From Longimicrobiales bacterium (GTDB lineage: Bacteria > Gemmatimonadota > Gemmatimonadetes > Longimicrobiales > Gaopeijiaceae): a DNA stretch of 64,000 nucleotides. The notes beneath the pieces were generated by a model. The model had not been told where the DNA came from, did not search any database, and worked only from the letters and a program-made list of their open reading frames with translations. The stretch lies in assembly GCA_965238005.1 (NCBI GenBank), contig OZ250165.1, positions 2,976,001-3,040,000 on the forward strand. Direction: 5' to 3'. Made by a program: the position numbers and the translations under genes. This document shows positions 30,344 to 40,533 of the stretch, one piece after another (the stretch's first letter is position 1; each line of letters opens with the position of its first letter).

Positions 30344-31653
30344 AGCTCCCTCCCCAGTATCGCCTCGAGCTCCGCGCGTGCCAGAACGTAATCGTAGCGC
30401 GCATTCACGAGGTCCACCCTCGCCTGATCGGCCGCGATCTGACTCGTGATGACGTCCAAGATGATCGCCACGTCCGCTTCATACCGTGCTCGCGTGACCC
30501 TGAGGTCCTCGTCCGCCACGGCCACCGCCTCCTCCGCGATCTCGATGGCACGCTCCGACGTCTCCAGGGCCCTCAGCGCCGCGTCGGCCTCCTGACGGGA
30601 GCCCAGCCGGGCGTCGTCTTCCTGGAGCCGCGCCAAGCGCGTCGAAAATTCCGCCCGCACGATGCTGGCCTCACGATTGAACCCGTTGAACAGAGGGTAA
30701 CTAAGGTTGAAGTTCAGGTTCCAGCTCGTATTCCCCCCACTGAACGAAGCCTCCTGATTCGACCAGTTGTAGCCGCTGCTGAGGCTGAGGCTGGGGATGT
30801 ACACGCTCTTGGAGGAGGCGTACTCCCTCTGGGCCGCCACCGTCGCCGCCTCGGCCGCCAGGACCGATGGGGCTTGGGCTTCGGCGATCAGGAAGGCCTC
30901 TGCCTCGTCCATGGGAAGCGGCCGGGGAGCGAGGTCATCGGGGGCTATGGGGATCACCGGCGCGGCCTCGCCGATCAGCCGTCCAAGGCTGAAACGAGCC
31001 GCCCGTGTCGCGACCTCCGCGCTGAGCACCGCTTGGCGGGCGTTGATCATCTCCAGGCGAGCTCTGAGCGTGTCCGATACCGTCCCCGCGCCGACTCGCA
31101 CCCGTGTGCGGGTCATCTCCAGGCTCTGGTTCGCCTGCTCGATCCGACGACGGGCGACCTCCAGGAGCTCCTCCTGCCGAAGCGCCTGGAAGAACAGGTT
31201 CTTGGTCTCGAAAATGACGGCGAAGCGCTGATCCTCACGCCGGGCCTCCGCCGCTGTCAGATCCGCCCTGGCCCGGCTGAGCTCCGAAAACCGCTGTCCA
31301 CCACGGAAGATGTCGTAGCGCGCCGTGATGCCCGCATTGTACGAGTTGGAACTGCCCGATACGAGCCGATCAGTCCCCGGGTCGAACCGCTCCGTGCTCC
31401 GCACCGACATCCCCGAGCTCGTCGAGACCGTGGGTATGAACGCTCCTAAAGCCGTCCTCCTCGACTCCCCGGCGTTCACCACCGACTGCTCGGACTGAGC
31501 TATCAGCGGGCTCCGCACCAGGCCCTGGGCGATGGCGTCATCCAGGGTAATGCGGGTCGCGCCCGGGTCCAGGAGGGGCTGCTCCTGCGCGCTCCCCGGC
31601 GTGTTCAGCGCCATCATCACGGCACCGAGCGTAAGGGTCAAACGTATGGTCAT
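30340..31653 (-). CDS. TolC family outer-membrane efflux protein
   Basis: Signal peptide and two OEP repeats; operon context. Confidence 0.9.
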   Translation of the reverse strand: MTIRLTLTLGAVMMALNTPGSAQEQPLLDPGATRITLDDAIAQGLVRSPLIAQSEQSVVNAGESRRTALGAFIPTVSTSSGMSVRSTERFDPGTDRLVSGSSNSYNAGITARYDIFRGGQRFSELSRARADLTAAEARREDQRFAVIFETKNLFFQALRQEELLEVARRRIEQANQSLEMTRTRVRVGAGTVSDTLRARLEMINARQAVLSAEVATRAARFSLGRLIGEAAPVIPIAPDDLAPRPLPMDEAEAFLIAEAQAPSVLAAEAATVAAQREYASSKSVYIPSLSLSSGYNWSNQEASFSGGNTSWNLNFNLSYPLFNGFNREASIVRAEFSTRLARLQEDDARLGSRQEADAALRALETSERAIEIAEEAVAVADEDLRVTRARYEADVAIILDVITSQIAADQARVDLVNARYDYVLARAELEAILGREL

Positions 31654-31658
31654 GAGGC

Positions 31659-32078
31659 TTACCGTCTCGAGTTCCTAGAGCTTTGCGAGTGCCGCTTCGC
31701 GTCATGCTCTTCCAGGAGCGCATCATACATGGAGCGCTGATCGTCGGTCAGGACCTCTTTGATCTCCTCTCTCAGGTCGCTGATGACGGCTCGGTAGCGA
31801 GGCCGGAATTCGGAATCCAGATCCCGCATGCGCCCTCGATGATACGCTACGAGTGAATCCACCGACGCCTTCTGAGTTGAGCTGAGGCCCACCCGGTCGA
31901 CGATCATTCCGTTCTGCCTGTCTCGGTCCGTTCGCCGCTCCTCCGTGCCCGACGTCTCCGGAGTGCTGGCGCTGGCCGTCTGGTCCCACGCGAGGCCGAC
32001 CACGATGCCACTTCCGAAGAGCAGAACCAGCGCGACTCCGACCACCGCCCTCGCCCGGAACACCCTCTTGACGGCCAT
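31659..32078 (-). CDS. Periplasmic Spy/CpxP-like accessory protein
   Basis: N-terminal TM; LSSTQ and VLTDDQR (LTxxQ) motifs; TGATG coupling. Confidence 0.7.
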   Translation of the reverse strand: MAVKRVFRARAVVGVALVLLFGSGIVVGLAWDQTASASTPETSGTEERRTDRDRQNGMIVDRVGLSSTQKASVDSLVAYHRGRMRDLDSEFRPRYRAVISDLREEIKEVLTDDQRSMYDALLEEHDAKRHSQSSRNSRR

Positions 32079-32491
32079 CAGTATATCTCTCCGGTCAGGA
32101 GGAAAACGCCCTTTTCTTCCTCCATCGCCATGAAGTCCGGTAGGGTCCAATCCTCGAGCTCCTGCGTGAGGATCTCCTCTGGACCTGCGGACACCGTCAA
32201 TGCGGTCCGCCGACCCTGAGAGAGCAACACCGCCGCCACTGCGGCGGCCACCGCAGCCGCCGGAACCACGACTCTCGCCCACGACTGCACGACGTCCAAT
32301 ACCGTGAATTCCGCCATCCCGCGTCGTCGCCTCAGCTCGTCAGCGGCTCTCGTCATCACACGGAACCGGAATCGGGCCCAGTAGCCCGAGTCCCCGTGGC
32401 CAGGATCGAGGATCCCGAGGTCGTACCCGGGACCCGAACATCCCTCGCCTTCGTGGAGGCCTGAACGGCCTCGTCGACCGTTGTTCGTCAT
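32078..32491 (-). CDS. Putative membrane anti-sigma factor
   Basis: Coupled to the ECF sigma; one TM helix. Confidence 0.65.
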   Translation of the reverse strand: MTNNGRRGRSGLHEGEGCSGPGYDLGILDPGHGDSGYWARFRFRVMTRAADELRRRRGMAEFTVLDVVQSWARVVVPAAAVAAAVAAVLLSQGRRTALTVSAGPEEILTQELEDWTLPDFMAMEEEKGVFLLTGEIY

Positions 32492-33072
32492 GCTCTCTCC
32501 ATAGTACGCGCTGTGTCCGCCTTGTATTCGGACAGGCTCAAATCCTTCTGGAGCGCTCTCCTGGCAAAGTGGAGGTGCGAGCGCACAGTACCGGACGGAA
32601 TCCCCAATCGCTCAGCAATCTCCCGATGCTTCCACCCCTCGAGGTCGTGCAATAGCACGATCTCTCGCTGGACCTCAGGCAGGCTTCGGAGAGCCTTCGA
32701 GAGCCTCTCCACCAACTCGACCTCCTCGGCAACCCGCTCGGGGGTCGGTCCTTTCGCCAGAGCCACTGCAGGAACGGGATCCGTTCCGCGGAGAACTTCC
32801 CGCCGAACGAGGTTGCGGGACCGATTCCTCACGATGGTCATGAGCCATCCCGCGAATCGGTCGGGGCTCCTGCACTCCTCCAGCCGCTCGAGAGCGACCA
32901 TGAAGGCCTCCTGCGCCGCGTCCTCGGCGTCCTCATGCCTTCCGGTGACCGAGAGCGCCACCGCGTAAGCGACACGCATATGCCGATCCACAAGTGCCCC
33001 GAAGGCCGCGCCACTGCCGGCGCGCGCCCTGCGAACCAACTCCGGATCCGAGACTTGTTCCGTCACACCCAT
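32488..33072 (-). CDS. ECF RNA polymerase sigma factor
   Basis: DAEDAAQEAF, FAGWLMTIVRN, GTVRSHLHFAR. Confidence 0.93.
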   Translation of the reverse strand: MGVTEQVSDPELVRRARAGSGAAFGALVDRHMRVAYAVALSVTGRHEDAEDAAQEAFMVALERLEECRSPDRFAGWLMTIVRNRSRNLVRREVLRGTDPVPAVALAKGPTPERVAEEVELVERLSKALRSLPEVQREIVLLHDLEGWKHREIAERLGIPSGTVRSHLHFARRALQKDLSLSEYKADTARTMERA

Positions 33073-33257
33073 GGAGACACCGCTACCGCCCGTCGTGTTG
33101 AGCCCTTTTGATCCCCTGAATCTCACTGAACCGTGGGCCTGAGGCAAAAACAAGAGACTCCTCGAGGCCCAGGAGTGTTAACTGGATGGCGCTCGGCGTG
33201 ATCGAGGCCCTATTCGCGCCCCTTGCGGGCTTCGGGTTTGGGAGGGGCCTCCGAGGG

Positions 33258-33806
33258 CTAGTCAGGGGAGGACGCCTCCTTTGCCGACGACAGCAGGTTG
33301 TTCAGGTCCGACTCGAACAAATCCTCCATGGACGTACCTGGAAAGAGGGCCTCCCGCTCCGCGACCAGCGGATTGCCGGCCCTGTAGAACGTGAGGTGGA
33401 GAAGTGGTGCGCCCGCGTCGGAGGCCGATCCCGCCGAAGTCTGCCCGGAGAGGCGGACGATCCACTCGACCCCTTCGCTCGTGAACTGGCGAGAAGGAAG
33501 GTCATCCACCGCCGTCGGCTCCAGGGCCTGCCCATCCAGGGCATCGCGAGCCGGGACCGGGGTGGGCCGCCCCTTCCCCCGACCGCGTCCCCTCCCCCGA
33601 GAACGACCCTCGTCTCGTTGGCCCCCCGGGCGTTCCCGCTGGCCCCGTATCCCGGGCGCAGGGTGCTCCGGTGGAGCTCCCGCCCGGGACTCGTCCGGGC
33701 GCCGGGGGGAGCTCGGGCGTGGCTCTCCAACCACCTCCCGTATGGGAGTCGGCTTCGCTCCCTTACCCTCGCCGCTCTTTCGATCGCTGCCGTCCATAGC
33801 CGTCAA
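33258..33806 (-). CDS. Hypothetical protein (disordered N-terminus, small C-terminal domain)
   Basis: 182-aa ORF with a globular-looking C-terminus. Confidence 0.6.
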   Translation of the reverse strand: MTAMDGSDRKSGEGKGAKPTPIREVVGEPRPSSPRRPDESRAGAPPEHPAPGIRGQRERPGGQRDEGRSRGRGRGRGKGRPTPVPARDALDGQALEPTAVDDLPSRQFTSEGVEWIVRLSGQTSAGSASDAGAPLLHLTFYRAGNPLVAEREALFPGTSMEDLFESDLNNLLSSAKEASSPD

Positions 33807-33938
33807 GATGGCCCTGTCCGCCGGGCTTCGCCATTGACCTCCCTGAGGAACCGCGCACGAAACTCTCGACTTACGTCCTAATCTGGAGTCATGTTACAGG
33901 GTTAGCGAGGCGAATCCGCCCGATTCATCGGTAGGCGT

Positions 33939-34415
33939 ATGACCGAAGGCACCCTCAAGACCGCAGATGCGAAGCGGGAGTACGGGCAGCTGCTGCACCT
34001 TCACGCCCGGCTGCTCGGTAAGCTTCAGTCGATCCGTGATGATCTCGCCGCGCCGGGAACGGGTGCGATAATCCGATTCATTCGGCGCCGGACCGGCTCA
34101 TCCCCGAACGAGGGTCTCACCGAAATCGCCGCGGCCGTGGAGGAAGCGATTCGGGCGCTCAAGTTGAGCGAGTCGAAGGTTCGCGAAGAGATCATGGCGG
34201 ACCACGAGCATGCCGAAGTGGAAGGGATCTCGAACCTGCCCGCGCCCCTAGCCCGATTCCTTGCTGAGCGTCAGGAGTTCCCAGGCTTCTCGTACGATGT
34301 AATCCAGGACGTGAATCGCGGGTGGATCATCCGCTGGAAGGAGCTCACCGACTCCGGCAGCGTGCGCGGGTCGGGTCAGTTCTACGAGCGGCCGTACGCC
34401 TGGCTGGACGACTAG
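33939..34415 (+). CDS. Hypothetical protein
   Basis: 158-aa ORF with protein-like composition; no family recognised. Confidence 0.7.
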   Translation: MTEGTLKTADAKREYGQLLHLHARLLGKLQSIRDDLAAPGTGAIIRFIRRRTGSSPNEGLTEIAAAVEEAIRALKLSESKVREEIMADHEHAEVEGISNLPAPLARFLAERQEFPGFSYDVIQDVNRGWIIRWKELTDSGSVRGSGQFYERPYAWLDD

Positions 34416-34990
34416 GGAACCTGGTCTCGGATCCTCACCCGGCCCGCCCGGAGGGTCGACAGCACGTCCTCACCGTAGAACATGCGGATGTACTTGGCCT
34501 GGGCCTCCGTAACACGACGGACGGTCCACACCAGACGCACGTAGTTCGGTTCTCTCGGCTCCGCCAAGAGCCTCATTCCCGCTTCTCGAGGCCGGCGATT
34601 CCCCTTCCGGTTGTTACACGGCGAGCAGGAGGTGACCACGTTCTGCCACGAGTTGTCCCCGCCCCGGGACATGGGAAGGATGTGGTCCCGAGTCAGGAAC
34701 TGCCGGCCCTTGAGCTGCCCACGGTGACGCCCGCAGTACTGGCACTGGTAGTTGTCACGCGCGAACAGGAATGTGTTGGTCACCTGCCGGCGGAATCGCC
34801 TCGGGACGTGTACGTAGCGGACCAGGCGAATGACGGTCGGGAACGGCAGCTCCCTCCGCGGCGAGCGAAACGAACGCTCGTCATCCGTCTCGAGAATCTC
34901 CGCCTTCCGATCGATGACCAGCCGGATGGCCCGGCGAGCCGGGATAATGGTAAGCGGCTCGTATGACGCGTTTAGGGCCAGACAACCCAT
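34412..34990 (-). CDS. HNH endonuclease (McrA-like)
   Basis: LNASYEPL, CQYCG, DHILPMSRGG..SWQNVVTSCSPCNNRKG. Confidence 0.92.
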   Translation of the reverse strand: MGCLALNASYEPLTIIPARRAIRLVIDRKAEILETDDERSFRSPRRELPFPTVIRLVRYVHVPRRFRRQVTNTFLFARDNYQCQYCGRHRGQLKGRQFLTRDHILPMSRGGDNSWQNVVTSCSPCNNRKGNRRPREAGMRLLAEPREPNYVRLVWTVRRVTEAQAKYIRMFYGEDVLSTLRAGRVRIRDQVP

Positions 34991-35176
34991 GGCTCTGGAA
35001 TCCCTCCACCGACGATTCCGACAGGGGCCCTCGGGCCCGAACACTGCACTAGTACCCGCGAAGGCACGCAGAGGCTCCTCAGACGGGCAGATACAACGCA
35101 ACAGATACGCTGAACCGCCGGCGACCGCTAGAGGACTGTTGTCTCACTTCTTCAACGGGCTTCTATAGCCGGGCTT

Positions 35177-37630
35177 CTATAGCAGTGCTGTGGGATCCCG
35201 GTCGATGGCCATACGAACGTCACGACCCCGAGGACGGAATCCGGTCTGAAGCGTGCGGGACGCCTCTCCGAGCGCCCTCGCCGAGGCGCTCCGGAGCATG
35301 AAGTGCCAGCGCCAGCGCCGGTGAAGGCGTTCGATGGGCGAGGGCGCCGGTCCGATCAGGTCCAGAGCCGACCCAGGATGGAATCGCCCCCGGAGCCAGC
35401 GCGCCGCGGCTTCCGCGTTCCGGGCGGCGTCATCGGCGTCGGGGCTGCTCACGACGACGTTCACGAGCCGAACCACCGGGGGGTAAGCCGGGTCGCTCCG
35501 TTCCGCCATCTCCCGACGGGCGAACGCTTCGTAGTCGTGGTCCAGGACTGCCTGGATGGCATAGTGGCCCGGGAGGGACGTCTGGACGAGCACCTCGCCC
35601 CCCAGCTCCCCACGTCCGGCGCGGCCGGCCACCTGACTCAGGAGCTGGAAGGTCCGCTCGCTCGCCCTGAAGTCGGGCATGTGAATGCCCACGTCGGCAT
35701 TCACTACACCCACCAGCGTCACGCGGGGGAAGTCTAGACCCTTGGCGATCATCTGCGTGCCGAGGAGGATGTCCACCTCGCCCCGTTCGACACGGCCCAG
35801 GATCTCGTGGTGGGACCACTTTCCCGAGGTCGTGTCCACGTCCATGCGCGCGATCCGCGCACTGGGGAATGTCTCGGCGACGACCGTCTCGACCTGCTCC
35901 GTTCCGAGTCCCCGGAACGAGAGGTCCGTGGAGCCACAGCGAGGACACCGGGAGGGCGCTGGCACCTCGTGCCGGCAGTGATGGCACACGAGACGGTTGG
36001 TCACTCGATGATACGTAAGCGAGATGGAGCAGTGGGAGCAGCTCTCGACGTCCCCGCACTCGCGGCACTGGACGAAGGAGGAGTATCCACGACGGTTCAG
36101 TAGGAGAATGGTCTGCTCATTCCGTTCGAGCCGACAGCGTACCGCCTCCACGAGCGGGGGAGTCAGCACGACACCGCCTTCGCTTCGCACAGCCCCGTCC
36201 GAGCTCTTCCTGCGACGCTCTGCCCGGAGGTCCACCAGTCGGACCGGCGGGAGACTGCCTCCTCCGACACGATCCGGGAGCGAGATGCGGCTGAACTTCC
36301 CCCGCTCCACGTTGTGCCAGCTCTCCAGGGAGGGCGTAGCGCTCCCCAGAACGCAGAGGGCGCCCTCCTGGAAGGCCCTCACCACCGCCAGATCTCGGGC
36401 GTGATACCGGGGAGCCTCGCTTTGCTTGTAGCTGCCGTCGTGCTCCTCGTCCACCACGACGACGCCCAGATCCGCCACCGGCGCGAACACGGCCGAGCGG
36501 GCTCCCACTGCGATGCGTCGACGGCCGGCGCGTAGCTGCCGCCAGGCGTCGTAGCGCTCGCCGTCCGAAAGGGCCGAGTGGAGCACCGCCACCTCATCGC
36601 CGAAGCGGGCTCGGAAGCGGGCCACGGTCTGGGGCGTCAAGGAGATCTCGGGTACGAGGACAATGGCTCCGCCCCCGTTGGCGAGCACGTGATGCAGCAG
36701 CTCGATGTACACGAGCGTCTTTCCCGACCCGGTCACGCCGTGGAGGACGAACGGCTCCGAGGGTCCCCCGTCGACCGTGTCGATGAGTGCTTGGATCGCC
36801 GCGGCCTGCCGGTTCGTGGGTGTGTGCCTAGGCCCCTCCTCCACCGGGATCCGTGCGAACGGGTCACGCCCTACCTCGCGCTCCTCGACCACGACCAGCT
36901 CCTTCTCTTCCAGACCACGGACCACGCTGCGGCTGAACCCGGCCTGCTTGGTGAGATGTGCCAGCTCCACCGTCCCTCCGGACGCCGCCAGGGCTTGATA
37001 GGCCTCGGCCTGACGCCGGGCTCGGCCGAGGAGCCCATCGAGCTCCTCCAGATCCTCGATCCACCGGAGCAGCCGCACGATCCTCTCCGTCTTCACCGGA
37101 GGGGGCCGGGGCGGAAGCGTCTCGTGACTCAGGACCCCCCGGGCCGACAGAGAGCGGATCTCCGGCCAGATGTAACCCATGGCGAGGCCCTTGCGAAGAG
37201 CCCGGACGCTCTGCTGCCCCCCCTGGCCGGTGAGGGCCTCCACCAGTCGTTGCTCTCTGGGCTTGAGCTTCCCCGTCTCCCCTCCCGTCAGAGCGACAAC
37301 GTCGCGAGAAGCGTCGGAGAGCACCGCCGGGAGCATGGCTCGAAGGGCGATGCCCAAGGGTGCCACATAGTACTCCGCCATCCACCGGGCCAGGCGCAGC
37401 TGGGGGGGCGGCACGGCGGGCTCGGAATCCAGGACGGCGAGCACGGGTCTGATACCCTTCCGCCCCTGACTGCCAGCGGCTCCCACGACGAACCCGATGC
37501 GCTCGTCCTTTCGGAACGGCACGAGCACCCTGGTCCCCGGCTCGGGGGCGGGACCCGGCGTGGAATACGTGAAGGTCTGATCCAGTGGGAGTGGCAAAGC
37601 CACCTGGACGAACGAGGGCGAGGAGCTCAC
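35177..37630 (-). CDS. priA: Primosomal protein N'
   Basis: GVTGSGKT, VPEISLTPQ, DEEH, Cys cluster, GTQMIAKGLDFP; GTG start inferred. Confidence 0.96.
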   Translation of the reverse strand: MSSSPSFVQVALPLPLDQTFTYSTPGPAPEPGTRVLVPFRKDERIGFVVGAAGSQGRKGIRPVLAVLDSEPAVPPPQLRLARWMAEYYVAPLGIALRAMLPAVLSDASRDVVALTGGETGKLKPREQRLVEALTGQGGQQSVRALRKGLAMGYIWPEIRSLSARGVLSHETLPPRPPPVKTERIVRLLRWIEDLEELDGLLGRARRQAEAYQALAASGGTVELAHLTKQAGFSRSVVRGLEEKELVVVEEREVGRDPFARIPVEEGPRHTPTNRQAAAIQALIDTVDGGPSEPFVLHGVTGSGKTLVYIELLHHVLANGGGAIVLVPEISLTPQTVARFRARFGDEVAVLHSALSDGERYDAWRQLRAGRRRIAVGARSAVFAPVADLGVVVVDEEHDGSYKQSEAPRYHARDLAVVRAFQEGALCVLGSATPSLESWHNVERGKFSRISLPDRVGGGSLPPVRLVDLRAERRRKSSDGAVRSEGGVVLTPPLVEAVRCRLERNEQTILLLNRRGYSSFVQCRECGDVESCSHCSISLTYHRVTNRLVCHHCRHEVPAPSRCPRCGSTDLSFRGLGTEQVETVVAETFPSARIARMDVDTTSGKWSHHEILGRVERGEVDILLGTQMIAKGLDFPRVTLVGVVNADVGIHMPDFRASERTFQLLSQVAGRAGRGELGGEVLVQTSLPGHYAIQAVLDHDYEAFARREMAERSDPAYPPVVRLVNVVVSSPDADDAARNAEAAARWLRGRFHPGSALDLIGPAPSPIERLHRRWRWHFMLRSASARALGEASRTLQTGFRPRGRDVRMAIDRDPTALL

Positions 37631-37658
37631 CGATACGGAAGGATGCAGAGTGGTGGGG

Positions 37659-38855
37659 TCAGTCCAGTAACCGTAGAATCTCGTCCTGCCGCTCGCGCGG
37701 TGTGACCTCCGGGCCGTCGGCCCCAAAGTGCACGTTGATCTCGCTCCGGATGCCGACATCATTCGGCAGATAGACGCCGGGCTCGATGGAGAAGCCCACC
37801 CCGGGTACCAGAAAACGGTCGTCGCGTGTCTCGAGGTTGTCCAGGTTGGGGCCGCTGCCGTGAAGCTCCAGATCCATCGAGTGACCGGTGCGGTGCACGA
37901 AGAACTCGCCGAACCCGGACTCGACCAGGAACTCTCGGCAGACGTCGTCGACCTCGAAGCCGCGCACCCGACGCCCCTCGGCGTGGCAGTCGCCAAGAAA
38001 TTCGATGCCAGCCTCCCGGGAGCCACGGACCGCCTCCCAGATCGTCTGCACTCGCTCCGGCACTGAGCCCGCCAGTATTCCCATCCAGGTCTGGTCGGCC
38101 GGTACGCCACCCTCCGTCATCTTCCCCCAGAGATCGATGAGCAGGACCTCACCCTCGGCGATCACGGCTCCGGCGTCGCGGGGATCGTAGTGGGGATCGG
38201 CAGCATTGGGACCGACGGCCACATGGGTGTCCACGTCCACCCCCACGCCCCGACTCGTGAGCTCCGACCGAATCCAGGCGCCCAACTGGCCCTCGAGAAG
38301 AGGAGAGCCCTGGCGGACGTGATCCGCGGCTCTGGCGAAAGCGTCGAGAGCGACCTCTCGGACCGTCTCGGCCGAGGCCCGGTGCTCCTCGAGCTGCTCG
38401 TCTGACCACGCGGAGTAGAAGGTGGAGACCAGATCGCCCGAGCTCACGGGCTCGACGCCGACCTCCTTCAGCAGCTCCAGCATCCCCGCCGGAATCCGGT
38501 CGAGGGTGGGGACGCTCGATCGAGGGGACACCTCCATGGCGAGGCGCGTCCGGCCGTCGACCAGCTCGGCCAGCTTCGCCTCCATCTCGCGCCAGCCGGC
38601 GTAGTCCCTCTTCGCCCAGGGCCAATGCCGCCAGGAGGAGTGCTCGATGGCGTGAATCAGAGCGACCGGCTCGCCGTCGGCGGGCACCAGGGTGAAGGAC
38701 CGGCGAGTGGTCCAGTCCAGCCCCAGCATGGCGCTCGCCACCGGGTTCTGGCCGCGGAAATCGAAAAAGAGCCACCCATCCAGGTCGGCCGCCTTCAGAG
38801 CCGCCTGAACCAGGGCTACCTGCTCCGAATCGGTCATCGGGGCGATCTTGCTCAT
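37659..38855 (-). CDS. M24 family (Xaa-Pro) aminopeptidase
   Basis: ADPHY, LIDLW, ADQTW, HRTGH, FSIEPGVY, RSE. Confidence 0.9.
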   Translation of the reverse strand: MSKIAPMTDSEQVALVQAALKAADLDGWLFFDFRGQNPVASAMLGLDWTTRRSFTLVPADGEPVALIHAIEHSSWRHWPWAKRDYAGWREMEAKLAELVDGRTRLAMEVSPRSSVPTLDRIPAGMLELLKEVGVEPVSSGDLVSTFYSAWSDEQLEEHRASAETVREVALDAFARAADHVRQGSPLLEGQLGAWIRSELTSRGVGVDVDTHVAVGPNAADPHYDPRDAGAVIAEGEVLLIDLWGKMTEGGVPADQTWMGILAGSVPERVQTIWEAVRGSREAGIEFLGDCHAEGRRVRGFEVDDVCREFLVESGFGEFFVHRTGHSMDLELHGSGPNLDNLETRDDRFLVPGVGFSIEPGVYLPNDVGIRSEINVHFGADGPEVTPRERQDEILRLLD

Positions 38856-38947
38856 GTCACTCCCATCGCTCTGGGTTGTGGTCTCAAGACCGGGGCACCC
38901 GCGCCGAAGGCGTGGGTCGCGCGACCCACTGTACTCCTTCAACAGGC

Positions 38948-39907
38948 CTATGTGTCGGGGGCCGCCTCTCCACCGAACAGGGGGAGTCCGGTGACCTGCT
39001 CCACCTCCGTGGTGCCACCCGCTTCTTCGGTAGTAGACTGCCCCGCTTCGGCGGAAGCCAGGGAAGGATCGGCAGCCGCGACACCCCCCGGCTTCACACC
39101 CTTGACCAGGTCGAGCCCCAGGATGCGTTCCCGGGTGAGAAGCTTGTGCACCTCCCGCTCCCTGGCAATGGCGGTCCACACGCCACCCCATCCCCACCGG
39201 CGCTGTGCCCGCCGAAGAATCCCCAGCTTCTCGCCCACGCTGAACAGCTCCGCGAAGTCGGGGAATGGCTTCGCGATCTGGGGGCGGAACGCCGTCTCCT
39301 CGTCAGACCAGTCCTCCGTGTGGAGATGCTCCACTCCCGCCTCCCTCAAGATCCTTTTCCACTCCACAAGCATGAGGGGCCGGCAGCCGAGGTGATCGGA
39401 CAATACCGCTCGCCGCTCCGGATCGACCGGCGCCTTCCAGACCGGTTGGACGACCACCACCGTGGCCCCGGGCTTGGCCACCCGTACGAGCTCCTCCACG
39501 GCGGCCTCGGCCTCCACGTGAGACGTCAGGCCGAGCTCGGCCACTACCACGTCGAATATGCCATCGCGGAACGGGAGGCTGTCCATCTCGCCGGGCTGCA
39601 CGTGCACCCGCTCCAGCAATCCTACGGCGCGCAGCCGCTCTTCCGCCCGCCCCAGCAGGAGAGGGTCATCTTCCACGCCAGAGCCGTGGACATTGTGCTC
39701 GTTGACGAAGTACTCGAGAGTTACCGCGAGACCCGACGGGACCACCAGAACCTCATGACCCGCCTTCATCTCGGTAAGCAGGGCAATCTGGCGGTAGAGC
39801 TCCACTCCACCCGGCGGGAAGAGAGGTCTCCGACTCAGATGGATCAGGTCGAGCATGGACGGGACGCCCTTGTCGACCCGTGCCCGACCGTTCGTGTCTG
39901 GAGTCAT
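38948..39907 (-). CDS. Class I SAM-dependent methyltransferase-like protein
   Basis: PGG, LPFRDGIFDVV, ELVRVAKPG; motif I is degenerate. Confidence 0.78.
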   Translation of the reverse strand: MTPDTNGRARVDKGVPSMLDLIHLSRRPLFPPGGVELYRQIALLTEMKAGHEVLVVPSGLAVTLEYFVNEHNVHGSGVEDDPLLLGRAEERLRAVGLLERVHVQPGEMDSLPFRDGIFDVVVAELGLTSHVEAEAAVEELVRVAKPGATVVVVQPVWKAPVDPERRAVLSDHLGCRPLMLVEWKRILREAGVEHLHTEDWSDEETAFRPQIAKPFPDFAELFSVGEKLGILRRAQRRWGWGGVWTAIAREREVHKLLTRERILGLDLVKGVKPGGVAAADPSLASAEAGQSTTEEAGGTTEVEQVTGLPLFGGEAAPDT

Positions 39908-39915
39908 GCGGGAAG

Positions 39916-40431
39916 TTAGAAGACCGGCTCCTCCGCCGCATCCATCTCCCGAAGCGCCTCCTTCAGCCGGTCCTGGTCCTCGGCGGAGAGCTCGCGTTCC
40001 ACCCCCTCTACAGCCGAGGTCGGATTCCGCATGTAGCGGAGCGCGACGATCACCACACCGATCCCCAAGAGCAGCGCTCCCGGGGGCACGAGCCAGGCTA
40101 GCAATCCCCTGCCGGAGGCGCGTGGGTAGGCGAGGTACTCCTCGCCATGATTGGCGAGAACCCAACTCACTAGGTGGTCGGTGCTCCCGCCTGCTCGCGC
40201 CATGGCCTGCAGGCTGTCCCGCAGCAGCGCCCCCTGATACGAAGTGCACACCTCGAGCATGAGCCCGGGACAATATGGAGACTTGAGATGCGAAATGGCC
40301 TCGTCGGCCACGGGATGGGGCTCGACGGGATTCCTGAGCGCGTCGTCATCGTCCTGGGCCGTCAGGGGGATCACCGATGTGCCGAGCGCAGCCATCATCA
40401 CGAGGCCGCATGTCTGGAGGTTTCTCAGCAT
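39916..40431 (-). CDS. CcmH/CycL-like cytochrome c biogenesis protein
   Basis: LKSPYCPG..LEVC, HGEEYLAYP, LLAWLVP plus TM helix. Confidence 0.8.
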   Translation of the reverse strand: MLRNLQTCGLVMMAALGTSVIPLTAQDDDDALRNPVEPHPVADEAISHLKSPYCPGLMLEVCTSYQGALLRDSLQAMARAGGSTDHLVSWVLANHGEEYLAYPRASGRGLLAWLVPPGALLLGIGVVIVALRYMRNPTSAVEGVERELSAEDQDRLKEALREMDAAEEPVF

Positions 40432-40533
40432 CGTCGTGCCTTCACCAGTTGGTAGTTCGACCGTGGATTGTAGCAGAAGCGGGTCCCATCAACTACCCCG
40501 GAGGGGAGAGGAAAGAGCCACCCCTTCGGACCG

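Noticed and set aside
34412..34990. HNH as a defence system or homing endonuclease
   Set aside because: Ordinary stand-alone McrA-like type among housekeeping genes, with no intron or partner genes.
37631..38110. N-terminal extension of PriA in the ORF track
   Set aside because: It overlaps the M24 peptidase in another frame; PriA similarity starts at about 37630. Similar over-extended starts were trimmed for other genes.
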